A stretch of 64,000 nt of DNA from an uncultured Phycisphaerales bacterium (lineage in GTDB: Bacteria; Planctomycetota; Phycisphaerae; Tepidisphaerales; Tepidisphaeraceae). Location of the stretch: positions 192,001 to 256,000 of the forward strand of contig CAVWVQ010000005.1 in NCBI GenBank assembly GCA_963758525.1, read 5' to 3'. The notes beneath the pieces are model-generated. The model did not search any database. It was given only the letters and a program-made list of their open reading frames with translations, and had not been told where the DNA came from. This document shows, piece after piece, positions 10,576 to 20,160 of the stretch (position 1 is the first letter of the stretch; each line of letters starts with the position of its first letter). The position numbers were made by a program, and so were the translations under genes.

Positions 10576-11286
10576 ATGCGCCCGCTCGTTGGCATCACCG
10601 TAGACACCGCCGACGATCAGCCGCCGCAGTATGAATCGCCGATGGCGTACGCAACTGCCGTCGAGAAGGCGGGGGGCCTGCCGGTGCTTTTGCCGTATCA
10701 GATCGACCACGCGTTGATTCCGCAGATGGTCGATCGACTGCAAGGCGTTCTGTTCAGCGGCGGGAACGACCTGGACCCGGCGATCTACGGCGAAACGTAT
10801 CACCCTAAAGCGGTCCCCATCGATCCGAATCGCCAGCGTTTCGAGCTGGCGCTGATGGCGGAGGTGGAAAAAAGGCGAATGCCAGCACTGGGCGTCTGTC
10901 TGGGCTCCCAACTGATGAACGTCTATCGCGGCGGAAGTCTCAATCAATTTCTTCCCGATATTCCCCGCGCCGACGCGATCGAGCATCGCAATCTGGAGAG
11001 ATCCTACCCCAGGCACGGCATCCGCCTGGTGCCCGGGTCGATCGCGGCTGCCGTCATCGGACACGCCGACGTCGATGGAAACACCGCCCACAAGCAATCC
11101 GTCAAAACGCCGGGCCGCGGGCTGCGAATCATCGCGACGTCGCCCGACGGCGTCATCGAAGGAATCGAAGACCCGACCTTTCCTCTCTTCCTCGGCGTCC
11201 AATGGCACCCCGAGCGGCTGCATGCCGAAAAGGATCATCTCGCCCTCTTCAAGCTGCTGGTCGATAAGGCAGCCGCACAGTCCTGA
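10576..11286 (+). CDS. Gamma-glutamyl-gamma-aminobutyrate hydrolase family (peptidase C26, class I GATase)
   Basis: SGGNDLDP, LGVCLGSQ (catalytic Cys), GVQWHPE. Confidence 0.9.
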   Translation: MRPLVGITVDTADDQPPQYESPMAYATAVEKAGGLPVLLPYQIDHALIPQMVDRLQGVLFSGGNDLDPAIYGETYHPKAVPIDPNRQRFELALMAEVEKRRMPALGVCLGSQLMNVYRGGSLNQFLPDIPRADAIEHRNLERSYPRHGIRLVPGSIAAAVIGHADVDGNTAHKQSVKTPGRGLRIIATSPDGVIEGIEDPTFPLFLGVQWHPERLHAEKDHLALFKLLVDKAAAQS

Positions 11287-11304
11287 GGCGGCTGCCGTGT
11301 CATG

Positions 11305-12444
11305 TTAGGGCAGGATCGTCAACATCTGCCGCGTCTTCTTCTCCGCGGCATCCGCCAGCAAGGTCCCCGCGTTTTGCAGGCAATGCTCGATGGACATCGA
11401 GGCGTCTTGCAGCGCGAGGTATTCCGTCAACCCTTCGTCGCGGGCCGCCTCCGCGCCTTCTCCGACCGACCCGACGAGCGCGACGCACTTCACTCCCAAC
11501 TCCCGGCAAAGGCGCGCGACGCCGATCGGCGCCTTCCCATGCAGGCTCGATGCATCCAGCCGACCTTCTCCGGTGATACAAAGATCCGCGCCGGCCAATC
11601 TGCGTCGCAGCCCGGTCGCTTCGAGGACAAGCTCGGCGCCCGGCCGAAGCGTCGCTCCAAAAAACGCGATCATTGCGAAGCCCAGTCCGCCGGCCGCGCC
11701 GGCGCCCGGCGTCATCGCCGCCGCGAGTTTCCCGGTGCGTTGGGCGAGCTGGCGCAGCGCGCCATCCAGAAATTCCACCTGCGACGGGGTCGCGCCCTTT
11801 TGTGGCCCATAGACCTGGGCTGCGCCCTGCGGTCCAAACAATGGATTGCACACATCACACGCCACGGTGATGTGAACGCGCTCGATCGCGCTGCCGCGGC
11901 CATGTTTGATCAGCAGTACCCGAGGAAGATCGGCTGCCGTGAGCGGCTCGGTCAACGAAAGCGGCTCGCCGTCCTGCAGGAGCACGGGCAACTCGCACGC
12001 CTGGGCGCAGCCGATGCCTCCGTCGACCGTCGCGCTTCCGCCGATCCCGAGAATAATGCGCTTCGCCCCAAGACGCATGGCCGCGGCGAGCAGCTCGCCG
12101 GTGCCAAACGTCGTCGTATACATCGGATTTCGCTCGTCGGCCGCCAGCAGCGCCAGCCCGCTTGCGGCGGACATTTCGACCACTGCTGTCTGCCCGTCGC
12201 CCAACATTCCGAACGTGGCGTCGACTTTTCTTTCCGGAAGGGGGCTCGTGACCCGGCATGTATGAAGTGTTCCCCGCGTGGCGGCAACCAGCGCGGCGAC
12301 CGTTCCTTCGCCGCCGTCCGCGATCGGGCACAGATCCACCTCCGCCTCGGGCGCGGTACGGCGAACGCCCGCCGCGATCGCGCGGCATGCTTCGTCAGCA
12401 GTGAGGGACCCGCGAAATTTGTCGGGAGCAATGACGATTCTCAC
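11305..12444 (-). CDS. Glycerate kinase (GlxK/GarK family)
   Basis: IAPDKFRGSL, ADGGEGT, GIGGSATVDGG, GAAGGLG, ITGEGRLD. Confidence 0.95.
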   Translation of the reverse strand: MRIVIAPDKFRGSLTADEACRAIAAGVRRTAPEAEVDLCPIADGGEGTVAALVAATRGTLHTCRVTSPLPERKVDATFGMLGDGQTAVVEMSAASGLALLAADERNPMYTTTFGTGELLAAAMRLGAKRIILGIGGSATVDGGIGCAQACELPVLLQDGEPLSLTEPLTAADLPRVLLIKHGRGSAIERVHITVACDVCNPLFGPQGAAQVYGPQKGATPSQVEFLDGALRQLAQRTGKLAAAMTPGAGAAGGLGFAMIAFFGATLRPGAELVLEATGLRRRLAGADLCITGEGRLDASSLHGKAPIGVARLCRELGVKCVALVGSVGEGAEAARDEGLTEYLALQDASMSIEHCLQNAGTLLADAAEKKTRQMLTILP

Positions 12445-12450
12445 GGAGTG

Positions 12451-13772
12451 TCAAAACTCCAGAATTCCAAATCCAATTTGTTCGCCCCTGAGCACCCCGA
12501 TTCGCACCTGCCCGCTCTTGGGAAGGCGGTGCAGCAGCGCACAAAGTCGTCGAGCGTGCCGACGCGATACCGTCCCAATTGCACCACGACATCGCCCGGC
12601 TGAAGTCCCGCGCGGGCGGCAATGCTGTCGCGCGCCACCTCATTCACGAAAATGCCCTCTTCCAGAGATAAATGATACTTCTCGGCCAGTGCCGGCGTGA
12701 CTGGAACAACCGCGATCCCCAGGAGCTTGTTTGCCTCGACGATTGCATCCGGCGTGGCAACCGCCCGTGGAATGATGGTCTCCCCTTTTTCGCCGGCAGC
12801 GCAGACGATCTTGATCGGCTGATCGCGCCTGCTCCGCAGCAGCACCGCGTACGCGTCGATGATGTCATTCACCGGCTGCCCGTCGATGGATGTCACGGTT
12901 CGCGGCTTGGGCTCATCGATCATCACGCGACATGCCACCGCCGCCGGCGGCGTCAGATCGCGTATCTCCTTCAGCCGGATCGGAACGTCGACCTTGCTGG
13001 CCGACGCCGGGTTCATCAGTTCGGGGATCAGGTCGCGGAGCCGATTGATGGGAATGGAAAACCCGATGTTCTGCGCGTCGCTCCGCACGGCGGTGTTGAT
13101 CCCGATGACTTCGCCGTAGGCATTGAGCAACGGGCCGCCCGAGTTTCCGGGATTGATAGCCGCGTCCGTCTGGATCAGATCGCGCAATGCCGTCGGCTCG
13201 TCCGAATCCTTCAGATCGCGATGCACCGCCGAGACGATTCCCGTGCTGACCGTGTGGCTGTATCCCAGCGGATTGCCCACCGCGATCACCGGCTCGCCGA
13301 TCATCAGGTCGCTGCTGTCCCCCAACGAAATGGTCGGGAATGGCTTATCACTGGAGATTTTCAGAACCGCCAGATCGGCGTCCGCGTCCGTGCTGATGAG
13401 ATCCGCCGGCAGTTTGCGTCCATCGGCCAGTTCCACGGTGATCTGCCGGGCGCGGTCGATCACGTGGTTGTTCGTCACCACATACCCGTCGCGATGAATG
13501 ATGAATCCGCTCCCCAGCGCATTAGCCGGCACCTGAACCGCCTGCCCGCCCTGAAAGAGCTGCCAAAACGGATCGTTCCCAAACGGCGAGACGCGTTTGC
13601 TGATCATTTTCGTCGCCGAGATGTTCACCACCGCGTTCTTCGTCTTCTCCACCACCTCCACCGTCACCGTCCGTCGAAGGTTGATCGCCTCCGGCCCGGC
13701 GCCGACGGCGGCTCGCGACGCCGCGATCGCCGAACAGACAACGAATCCAACTAACATCAGCCAGCGTTTCAT
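12451..13772 (-). CDS. HtrA/DegP-like serine protease with PDZ domains, frameshifted near 12543
   Basis: Signal peptide, GSGFII, TNNHV, IQTDAAINPGNSGGPL; alternative frame gives a PDZ-like end ALLHRLPKSGQVRIGVLRGEQIGFGILEF*. Confidence 0.9.
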
Positions 13773-13995
13773 GATCACCTTTCAGCTCCGCGGAAGCAGC
13801 GTCCCGCTTGATCGATGATAGCTCCAAACTACGCACATTCAGTGTCCCGTGCATTTACCCTGGCCGGAATACCGGGAGGGGGCAGGCGCAGAGACGGTCT
13901 TACACTCGTTGCACGAGCCCGCCCTGCCTATTATTCTCTATCCGGCAGTTCGCGTACTTGGGGTGGTCGCATGTCTCTCAGCCTTGGGGTAACAA

Positions 13996-15621
13996 ATGAA
14001 TGGATTTGCATCAAAGTTGATTTTTCTTTCGGCAATGTTGCTTGTCGCCGCGGCTTCCGCGCCCGCGGACAAGATCACGCTCAATGACGGAACGGTTCTG
14101 CAGGGTCGCACGATCCGGCAAAGCGATGGCTACTGGATCAAGCTCGACGACGGGACCACGCAGACGATCCCCAATGATCAGATTCGCAGCGTCGAGAGGG
14201 CAACTGCGCCCGCTCCGTCCGCGAGCGGGTCCGCTCCGAACGCTTCCGCGCCGCCGGCGGCAGCGCCGCAATTGGGCAGCTCGCTGGCGGCGGTCAAGCG
14301 CCGGGCCGACGCCGTGCGCGCGCCATTGGCGGGTGTTGCCATCTGGCAGCAGTTCATCGACTCCAAACCGCCTCCGAGCGACGCCGACCTGAAAGTGGCG
14401 CACGACCAGCTCGCTCAGTGGCAGAAGCTGGCCGATGCGGGCGCAATGCGCATCAAGGGCCGATGGATCACTGGCGAAGAGCTGACGCAAACCCGCGACA
14501 AGCTCAAGCAACTCATGACAGAGCACATCCAATTGCTCCGCGAGAATCAGACGCTCGCAGCCATTAAAAAGCTTGAAGAGGCGTATGCCATCTATCCCGA
14601 TTCGTATCACATCACGTTTGAGCTCGGCTATGTATCGATGCTGGAGCACGATCAGGACAAGGCCATTCGTTACTTTGAGGAGGCCTTGAAAATCCAGCCC
14701 GGTCTGGCAGCCGCCACCGGGAACGTGGGGCTTTGTCTCATCGCGAAAAAGAAGCTCATGGAAGGCGTTATGAAGCTTCAGCAGGCGGCGCAGCAGCAGG
14801 ATTCGCCGCAACTCTCTCACGATCTGACGCTGGCGCTGTTGCGCGTTCCCCCCGAGCAGCACGAGAGCGAACGCCTGAAACCGGCGATTGCGACGGCATC
14901 ATTGCTGGAATCAAAGTATGCGGCGTTGCCGCCCAATACGTTTGTCCCCGACAAATATGTGTTGCTGGAACTGACCATCGCGCCGTCGGCCGGTGCCGAA
15001 GGTCCTAAAATGTGGAGCGGCACCGGCTTTCTGATCAACAAGGACGGCTTGATCCTCACCAATCGGCACGTCGCCAAGGACGCAAAGACACTGATGATCA
15101 CGCTCGACGGCGGCGAGCAGACCACCGCCGAGGTTGTCGTGATCGACGACGAGCAGGACCTGGCGCTGTTGCGGATCGATCCCGCGACGTCAAAGCATGC
15201 GTTCGTCAAATTTGCCCCGGAGAAGACACCCGCAGCCGGCGCGGATTGCACGGTCATGGGTTTCCCCCTGGCCGATCGGCTTGGCGCCAACATCAAAGTC
15301 ACGCGCGGCATCGTCACGGGGATTCAATCCGAAGGCCTCGACGCGGATGTCCTGGTTGACGCCAAGGTCAATCCCGGCAACAGCGGCGGCCCCATGCTCG
15401 ACAAAAACGGGGACGTGATGGCCATCGTCAGCATGAAGACGCAGAGCAATTCCCGCGAAGACACTTACGGCATCGGCATCAGCGCAGGGCTCATCCGCCG
15501 GTTCCTCGACAAGAATCACGTGAAAGTTCCCAAGGCCGACGCGAAAGAAACCGCGATGTCCACCGAGGATATTGCCGCCAAGACCCGGCCGGCGGTGGTA
15601 ATGATTTTTGCGACGCAGTAG
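13996..15621 (+). CDS. Secreted TPR-repeat trypsin-like serine protease
   Basis: Signal peptide, TPR-like helices, SGTGF..TNRHV..DLALL..NPGNSGGP. Confidence 0.85.
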   Translation: MNGFASKLIFLSAMLLVAAASAPADKITLNDGTVLQGRTIRQSDGYWIKLDDGTTQTIPNDQIRSVERATAPAPSASGSAPNASAPPAAAPQLGSSLAAVKRRADAVRAPLAGVAIWQQFIDSKPPPSDADLKVAHDQLAQWQKLADAGAMRIKGRWITGEELTQTRDKLKQLMTEHIQLLRENQTLAAIKKLEEAYAIYPDSYHITFELGYVSMLEHDQDKAIRYFEEALKIQPGLAAATGNVGLCLIAKKKLMEGVMKLQQAAQQQDSPQLSHDLTLALLRVPPEQHESERLKPAIATASLLESKYAALPPNTFVPDKYVLLELTIAPSAGAEGPKMWSGTGFLINKDGLILTNRHVAKDAKTLMITLDGGEQTTAEVVVIDDEQDLALLRIDPATSKHAFVKFAPEKTPAAGADCTVMGFPLADRLGANIKVTRGIVTGIQSEGLDADVLVDAKVNPGNSGGPMLDKNGDVMAIVSMKTQSNSREDTYGIGISAGLIRRFLDKNHVKVPKADAKETAMSTEDIAAKTRPAVVMIFATQ

Positions 15622-15725
15622 AGAACTGACTGGAGTCCGGGCTCGACGTGAAGTCGAGCTGCGTTGTTGAGGAATGGGATCGGTATTGGGCCGCGACGAC
15701 GGACTGACGCCCATCTCCGATTGAT

Positions 15726-16571
15726 TTAGCGCAGGCTAGCAGCGGGCTGAGACGTGGGCTGCGCGGCATTTGACGCATCATTGGCTGAGAGCGGTTGTGT
15801 CGTCGCCGAGGTTCGGCGGTCCTGGCGGTCCTGCAGCAAGGTCGCGGTCGCTTCAACCTCAACGCGGCGGTTCTGAGCCTGGGCGTCGGGGACGTAAACG
15901 CGCTGCACGATCGGCTCGAAGGTGGAGCAACCCTGCACGCGCAGGATGGCCGGCTCGACGCCATGCTGCGTCAGAAAATCGGCGACTTTCTGCGCGCGGC
16001 GAATCGAGAGATCCATCTTCTGCTCTGGGCCGGTCCCGTCGGGAAAGTCGTCCAGCGATGTATTTCCCTTTACCAGCACGATGTTGTAGTGACCGCGCAC
16101 CTGGTCCGCGATCTGGCCCAGCATGGCCGTCGTCTCCGGCGTGAGGGTGGCGCTCGCCGGGTCGAATAACAGCCGGCCACCAACAATCGCCTCAAGTCCC
16201 TGCCGAATCGTCGTTACTTCCGGATCAGTCCCTTCCGCCCCCTGGCGGCGCAGCTTCGTTTCGCCGCCTTCCCCGGGACTTTTGAGCGGCAGGTGAAGCT
16301 GCTCAATTTTCTTCATGAGCATAAACATATCGATCGGGTCTTTGCTTTTCGTATCCGGAATGTACTTGAAAGCCTCGCGGATCTTCGCGACCGTTTCCAG
16401 CCATTTCTCGTCCAGCGTGCGCTGGTTCTCCTTCCCCGCCGGCGGCTTGAGCACCCAGAGGATCACGAAGAACCCCATCATGAGCATGACAAGATCCGCG
16501 AACGTGAAGATCCACTCGGGGCATTCTTCGCATTCGCAAGCCTTCGCTTTTTTGCATCCGCATTTAGCCAT
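15726..16571 (-). CDS. motB: Flagellar stator protein MotB (OmpA-like C-terminal domain)
   Basis: WIFTFADLVMLMMGFFV transmembrane motif with Asp; LSIRRAQKV, QNRRVEV. Confidence 0.9.
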   Translation of the reverse strand: MAKCGCKKAKACECEECPEWIFTFADLVMLMMGFFVILWVLKPPAGKENQRTLDEKWLETVAKIREAFKYIPDTKSKDPIDMFMLMKKIEQLHLPLKSPGEGGETKLRRQGAEGTDPEVTTIRQGLEAIVGGRLLFDPASATLTPETTAMLGQIADQVRGHYNIVLVKGNTSLDDFPDGTGPEQKMDLSIRRAQKVADFLTQHGVEPAILRVQGCSTFEPIVQRVYVPDAQAQNRRVEVEATATLLQDRQDRRTSATTQPLSANDASNAAQPTSQPAASLR

Positions 16572-16577
16572 GGCGTC

Positions 16578-17005
16578 GCTGCGCTCCGAAATCCGAATGA
16601 CGAAACCCTGCGCGTCGCTGCGCTCCGAAACCCGAATGACGAAATCCGAATCCCCGAATCAAACTGCTCTGCTGAATTCCTCTCGCCGTCGCTTGTTTTC
16701 CCCCTCCCCTGGTACTCCGGGGGAGGGTTGGGGTGGGGGTTTGCAGGCGCAACGACAAGGATTTCAGCAGAGCAGAATCAAACCAGAATGACCGAATGAC
16801 GAATGACTGAAACGGAGTCCAGCTTTGTGTGCCTCAAGAAATTACGTCACCGCGCGTATCGCGCGACGATACCGATATCAGTAGCTACTGTTATCGGCGG
16901 GAGTTTGGGGTTCACGAGCTAGCTTTCGACATTCGGTCATTCGTCATTCGGGCTTGATTCTGATTTCTGGTTTCGTCATTCGGACTTCCGCCTGACGCTC
17001 CGCGT
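16578..17005. mobile_element. 428-bp non-coding palindromic insertion with 9-bp target-site duplication
   Basis: CATGGCGTC at 16569-16577 and 17006-17014; inverted GAATGAC-rich arms. Confidence 0.8.
16665..16774. mobile_element. Nested 110-bp MITE-like element
   Basis: 17-bp terminal inverted repeats TGCTCTGCTGAA(T/A)TCCT; GAATCAAAC duplicated at 16656-16664 and 16775-16783. Confidence 0.75.
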
Positions 17006-17012
17006 CATGGCG

Positions 17013-17791
17013 TCAAGCGGCTTTTGGCATCGCTGCCTGCTGCTTGTTGCTCAGGAAGCTCAGCAACTGCATTTCCACCACGCGGGGATTGTTGCCGGCT
17101 TGAATGCTCAAGACGCCCTGCAGGATGATTTCCTTGGCAAATGCCTCTTCCTGGGAACGCAGCAGCAGCTTCTCGGCGATCGGGCCGGCAACGAGGTTTT
17201 GCAGCATGCACCCGTAGAGCGTTCCGGTGAGAGCGATGGCCAGCGCGTTTCCGATGACGCTGGCGTCGCCGCCGAGGCTGCGGAACATCGCGACCTGGGC
17301 GATGAGCGTCGCCATCAGACCAAAGCCGGGGCCGAACTTGGCCAGCGTGTGAAAGAGATGTTTGCCGTGCTTGTGGCGTTCGACCATCGCATCGATTTCG
17401 ATGCGGAGGATGCGCTCGATCAAATCGGGGTCGGTGCCGTCGATGGTGAGCTGCAGGCCGCGGCGAAGGAACGGATCGGGCGCCTCGCGGGCGACGGTTT
17501 CCAGCGCCAGCACCCCGTCGCGGCGGGCGGTTTCCGCGTATTGCACCATTTCCTTGATAACGTGCTCAATGTGAGCGTCTTTGTTGAACAGCCACTTTTT
17601 GACATAGGAGACAACATTGGTGATGTTGTGCAGCGGCATCGAGAGGACGCCGCCCCGATCGATCCGCCGAACACCAGCAGCATTTCCGGCGGTTTGAAAT
17701 AGGCCTCGAGATGCCCTTCGGATGCGTGGAACATCGAAAAGACAACGGCTCCCCACGCGAGCACGATGCCGATCACACTGGCCAGATCCAT
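17013..17791 (-). CDS. motA: Flagellar stator protein MotA, frameshifted near 17650
   Basis: MDLASVIG..., ARRDGVLALE, FLRRGLQL..DG, PGFGLMAT, ALTGTLYG, GNNPR. Confidence 0.9.
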
Positions 17792-18008
17792 TGCCGGTTC
17801 CTCGAATGCGAAGGCCGCACGATCGGCCTGGAATCGAACGACAGTGGTGGTTTACCACTATCCTCATTTCGGCATTCGGCAGCATGAGAATTGAACTATT
17901 ATCGGAACCGGCACGTCGCAGTGCCTCTGCGTGTGGCCGCCGAGCTTGCTCGCGGTCCGCGGCGTAATCACGCGAGACGTTTCCAATGACCCCAAAGGAC
18001 ATTGACCG

Positions 18009-18353
18009 ATGACCGAACAAACACCTCCACCGTCCCCCGTCCTCGCTCTGGTTCGCGACCTGCTTTTTGCCTCGAAGATCACCGGCACAGCCAAGGCTGC
18101 AGGAATTCCTGTCAAGATCATTCGCGATCCGAGCCACCTCGCAGGGCAGGCCGGCCGGCGTCTGCTGGTCGATCTCACGCTCGAAGGCGCGATCGACGCC
18201 GCCGTCGCATGGCACCAGCAGACCGGTCTGGACGTCGTTGGCTTTGCCGGTCACGTCGACGCCGATACCCTTTCCCGCGCCAAGTCCGCGGGCATCCCGA
18301 AAATTGTCTCAAAAGGCCAGTTCGTCCAGATGCTGCCGGAACTCGTCGCTTGA
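18009..18353 (+). CDS. Atypical receiver-like small protein
   Basis: DLLFASKI...LLVDL...VVGFAGHVD pattern resembles a receiver fold. Confidence 0.6.
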   Translation: MTEQTPPPSPVLALVRDLLFASKITGTAKAAGIPVKIIRDPSHLAGQAGRRLLVDLTLEGAIDAAVAWHQQTGLDVVGFAGHVDADTLSRAKSAGIPKIVSKGQFVQMLPELVA

Positions 18354-18386
18354 TCAACACTTCCGATTGCCAAAAACCCGCAAAAA

Positions 18387-18415
18387 TTGACAGGACCTAC
18401 TCCACGAATTAGCTT
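18387..18415 (+). promoter_or_regulatory. Sigma-70-type promoter of rnc
   Basis: TTGACA-17 bp-TAGCTT. Confidence 0.7.
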
Positions 18416-18573
18416 TTTACTCAGTTGAGGCCCTCATCCGAAGGGCATCCGTAACGTCTGGGAGCTGGTGGAGTTCAAGTTTGCCTGATCGCACTTGAAG
18501 CGATCATTCAAACTCGCATTCCATTTCTGCTCCGGCTTCTGCCGGCGGCATCTGGCCGCAAAGGTGAATTAGC

Positions 18574-19311
18574 GTGAATACCGAAGCTCGCGTGCGTGCC
18601 GAGGAAATTCTCGGTTACACGTTCAAAAATCCCGCCCTGCTCAAGGAATCGCTCACGCATGCCTCGATTGCCGACCATCGGCTCGAGAGCAACGAGCGAA
18701 TGGAGTTTCTCGGCGACGCCGTGCTCGACCTGATCATCTGCGAACTGCTGTACCGCAAGTTTCCTGAATATCAGGAAGGGGACCTGACCAAGATCAAGTC
18801 GGCGGTTGTGTCGCGAAAGACCTGCGCCGAGGTCGCCAATGAGACGGGTCTGACCGACATGCTGATCATCGGCAAAGGCATCAGTTCGCGCAGCGCCATG
18901 CCGAGCTCCCTGGCCGCGGCTGTCTACGAGTCCATCGTGGCCGCGGTCTACCTCGACGGCGGTTTTGACGTCGTCAAGGACTACGTGATCCGTACGATGA
19001 GCCCCAAGGTCGAAAGCATCGCGGCCAATGCACATCAGCAAAACTACAAAGCCGTTCTCCAGCAACACGCGCAGCGCGTGATGGCTGCCACCCCCGTGTA
19101 CGAGCTTCTCGACGAAAAAGGCCCGGATCACAGCAAGTGTTTCGAGGTGTGCGTCACGATTGACGGCCGCCGATTCACCCCTGCCTGGGGCCCCAACAAG
19201 AAGATGGCGGAGCAGAAAGCCGCGCTGCTCGCGTTGGAAGATCTCGGGGTTTTCGCGGCAAACGAACTCGATCGGGCGATTGAAGCGATTGCTGACGTGA
19301 AGGAGGAGTAG
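18574..19311 (+). CDS. rnc: Ribonuclease III
   Basis: NERMEFLGDAVL signature; C-terminal dsRBD (GPDHSK.F, KKMAEQKAA). Confidence 0.97.
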   Translation: MNTEARVRAEEILGYTFKNPALLKESLTHASIADHRLESNERMEFLGDAVLDLIICELLYRKFPEYQEGDLTKIKSAVVSRKTCAEVANETGLTDMLIIGKGISSRSAMPSSLAAAVYESIVAAVYLDGGFDVVKDYVIRTMSPKVESIAANAHQQNYKAVLQQHAQRVMAATPVYELLDEKGPDHSKCFEVCVTIDGRRFTPAWGPNKKMAEQKAALLALEDLGVFAANELDRAIEAIADVKEE

Positions 19312-19474
19312 GGTTCAGGGTTCAGGGTTCAGGGTGTCAGGGTTCAGGGTGTCAGGGTTCAGGGTTCAGGGTGTCAGGATTCAGGGTGTGAGGGTTCAGG
19401 GTTCGGCAAAAAACCGAGATCCTAAAATCCTGAACCCTGAACCCTGAACCCTGAACCCTGACACCCTGAACCCT
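19310..19474. repeat. Inverted tandem arrays: 13 x AGGGTTC/AGGGTGTC, then 6 x GAACCCT/GACACCCT
   Basis: Counted directly; lies between convergent rnc and pyrE. Confidence 0.95.
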
Positions 19475-19509
19475 CAACTGAAAACCGCCGAAGGGTCGGA
19501 AAACGTCCT

Positions 19510-20031
19510 CTAAACCACCCCCAAATCCTTCGTCGTAAACAGGCTCTCAAACACATACCCCGCCGACTCGAGATTCTGTCGTGCGCCCTCCATCCGATCG
19601 ATCACGGCCACAATTCGATCGATCTTCGCGCCCGCTTGCTCCAGCGTCCTGGCGGCTTCGAGGACTTGTCCGCCGGTGGTCAAAACGTCCTCCACAATCA
19701 GCACTCGCTCGCCGGCGTTGAGTGTCCCTTCGAGCAGTTTGCTGGTGCCGTAATCCTTCTTCTGATTGCGGATGATGACAAACGGCTTCCCGCACTCGAT
19801 TGCGGTCGTCGCGGCCAGCGCCACCGCTCCAAGCTCGGCGCCGGCGATGCGATCGACATTGCTGTTCACGCGGTTGGCGAACAATTTTCCCAATGCCACC
19901 AGAATATCCGGCTGCGTTTCGAAGAGATATTTATCGAGGTAGTAGTTGCTCTTGCGCCCGCTGCGGAGCGTGAATTCACCGCGCAATAAAGAAGCCTCGG
20001 CGATCCGCTTTGCCAGTTCTGCTTGGGTCAT
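19510..20031 (-). CDS. pyrE: Orotate phosphoribosyltransferase
   Basis: GEFTLRSGRKSNYY.D, KDYGT, VEDVLTTGG. Confidence 0.95.
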   Translation of the reverse strand: MTQAELAKRIAEASLLRGEFTLRSGRKSNYYLDKYLFETQPDILVALGKLFANRVNSNVDRIAGAELGAVALAATTAIECGKPFVIIRNQKKDYGTSKLLEGTLNAGERVLIVEDVLTTGGQVLEAARTLEQAGAKIDRIVAVIDRMEGARQNLESAGYVFESLFTTKDLGVV

Positions 20032-20080
20032 GGGCGCAATATTGCGATTGGGGTCGGCGGAGTCAAATCGTTTCGGCGCC

Positions 20081-20115
20081 GAAGCTGAAAGCCCACGGCT
20101 TAGCCGTGGGCTTTG
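20081..20115. repeat. REP-like / IS200-IS605-end-like palindrome, copy 1
   Basis: AAAGCCCACGGCT-T-AGCCGTGGGCTTT; the 35 bp are identical to 20550-20584. Confidence 0.9.
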
Positions 20116-20160
20116 TCCCGTGGATTTGCATCCGAAATTGTCGCGCGCGACACTTGATGC

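Noticed and set aside
11302..12603. Long antisense ORFs (also 6238-7557, 36834-38117, 59702-61120 and others)
   Set aside because: Shadow ORFs opposite well-supported genes in GC-rich DNA, with no recognisable motifs.
15726..17791. Zorya ZorA/ZorB anti-phage system
   Set aside because: MotA is normal length with no long helical tail, and no ZorC/D/E-like genes are adjacent.
17013..18254. 413-aa MotA with a long N-terminal extension
   Set aside because: The real N-terminus (MDLASVIG, 17791) is in another frame, so the extension is a frameshift artefact.
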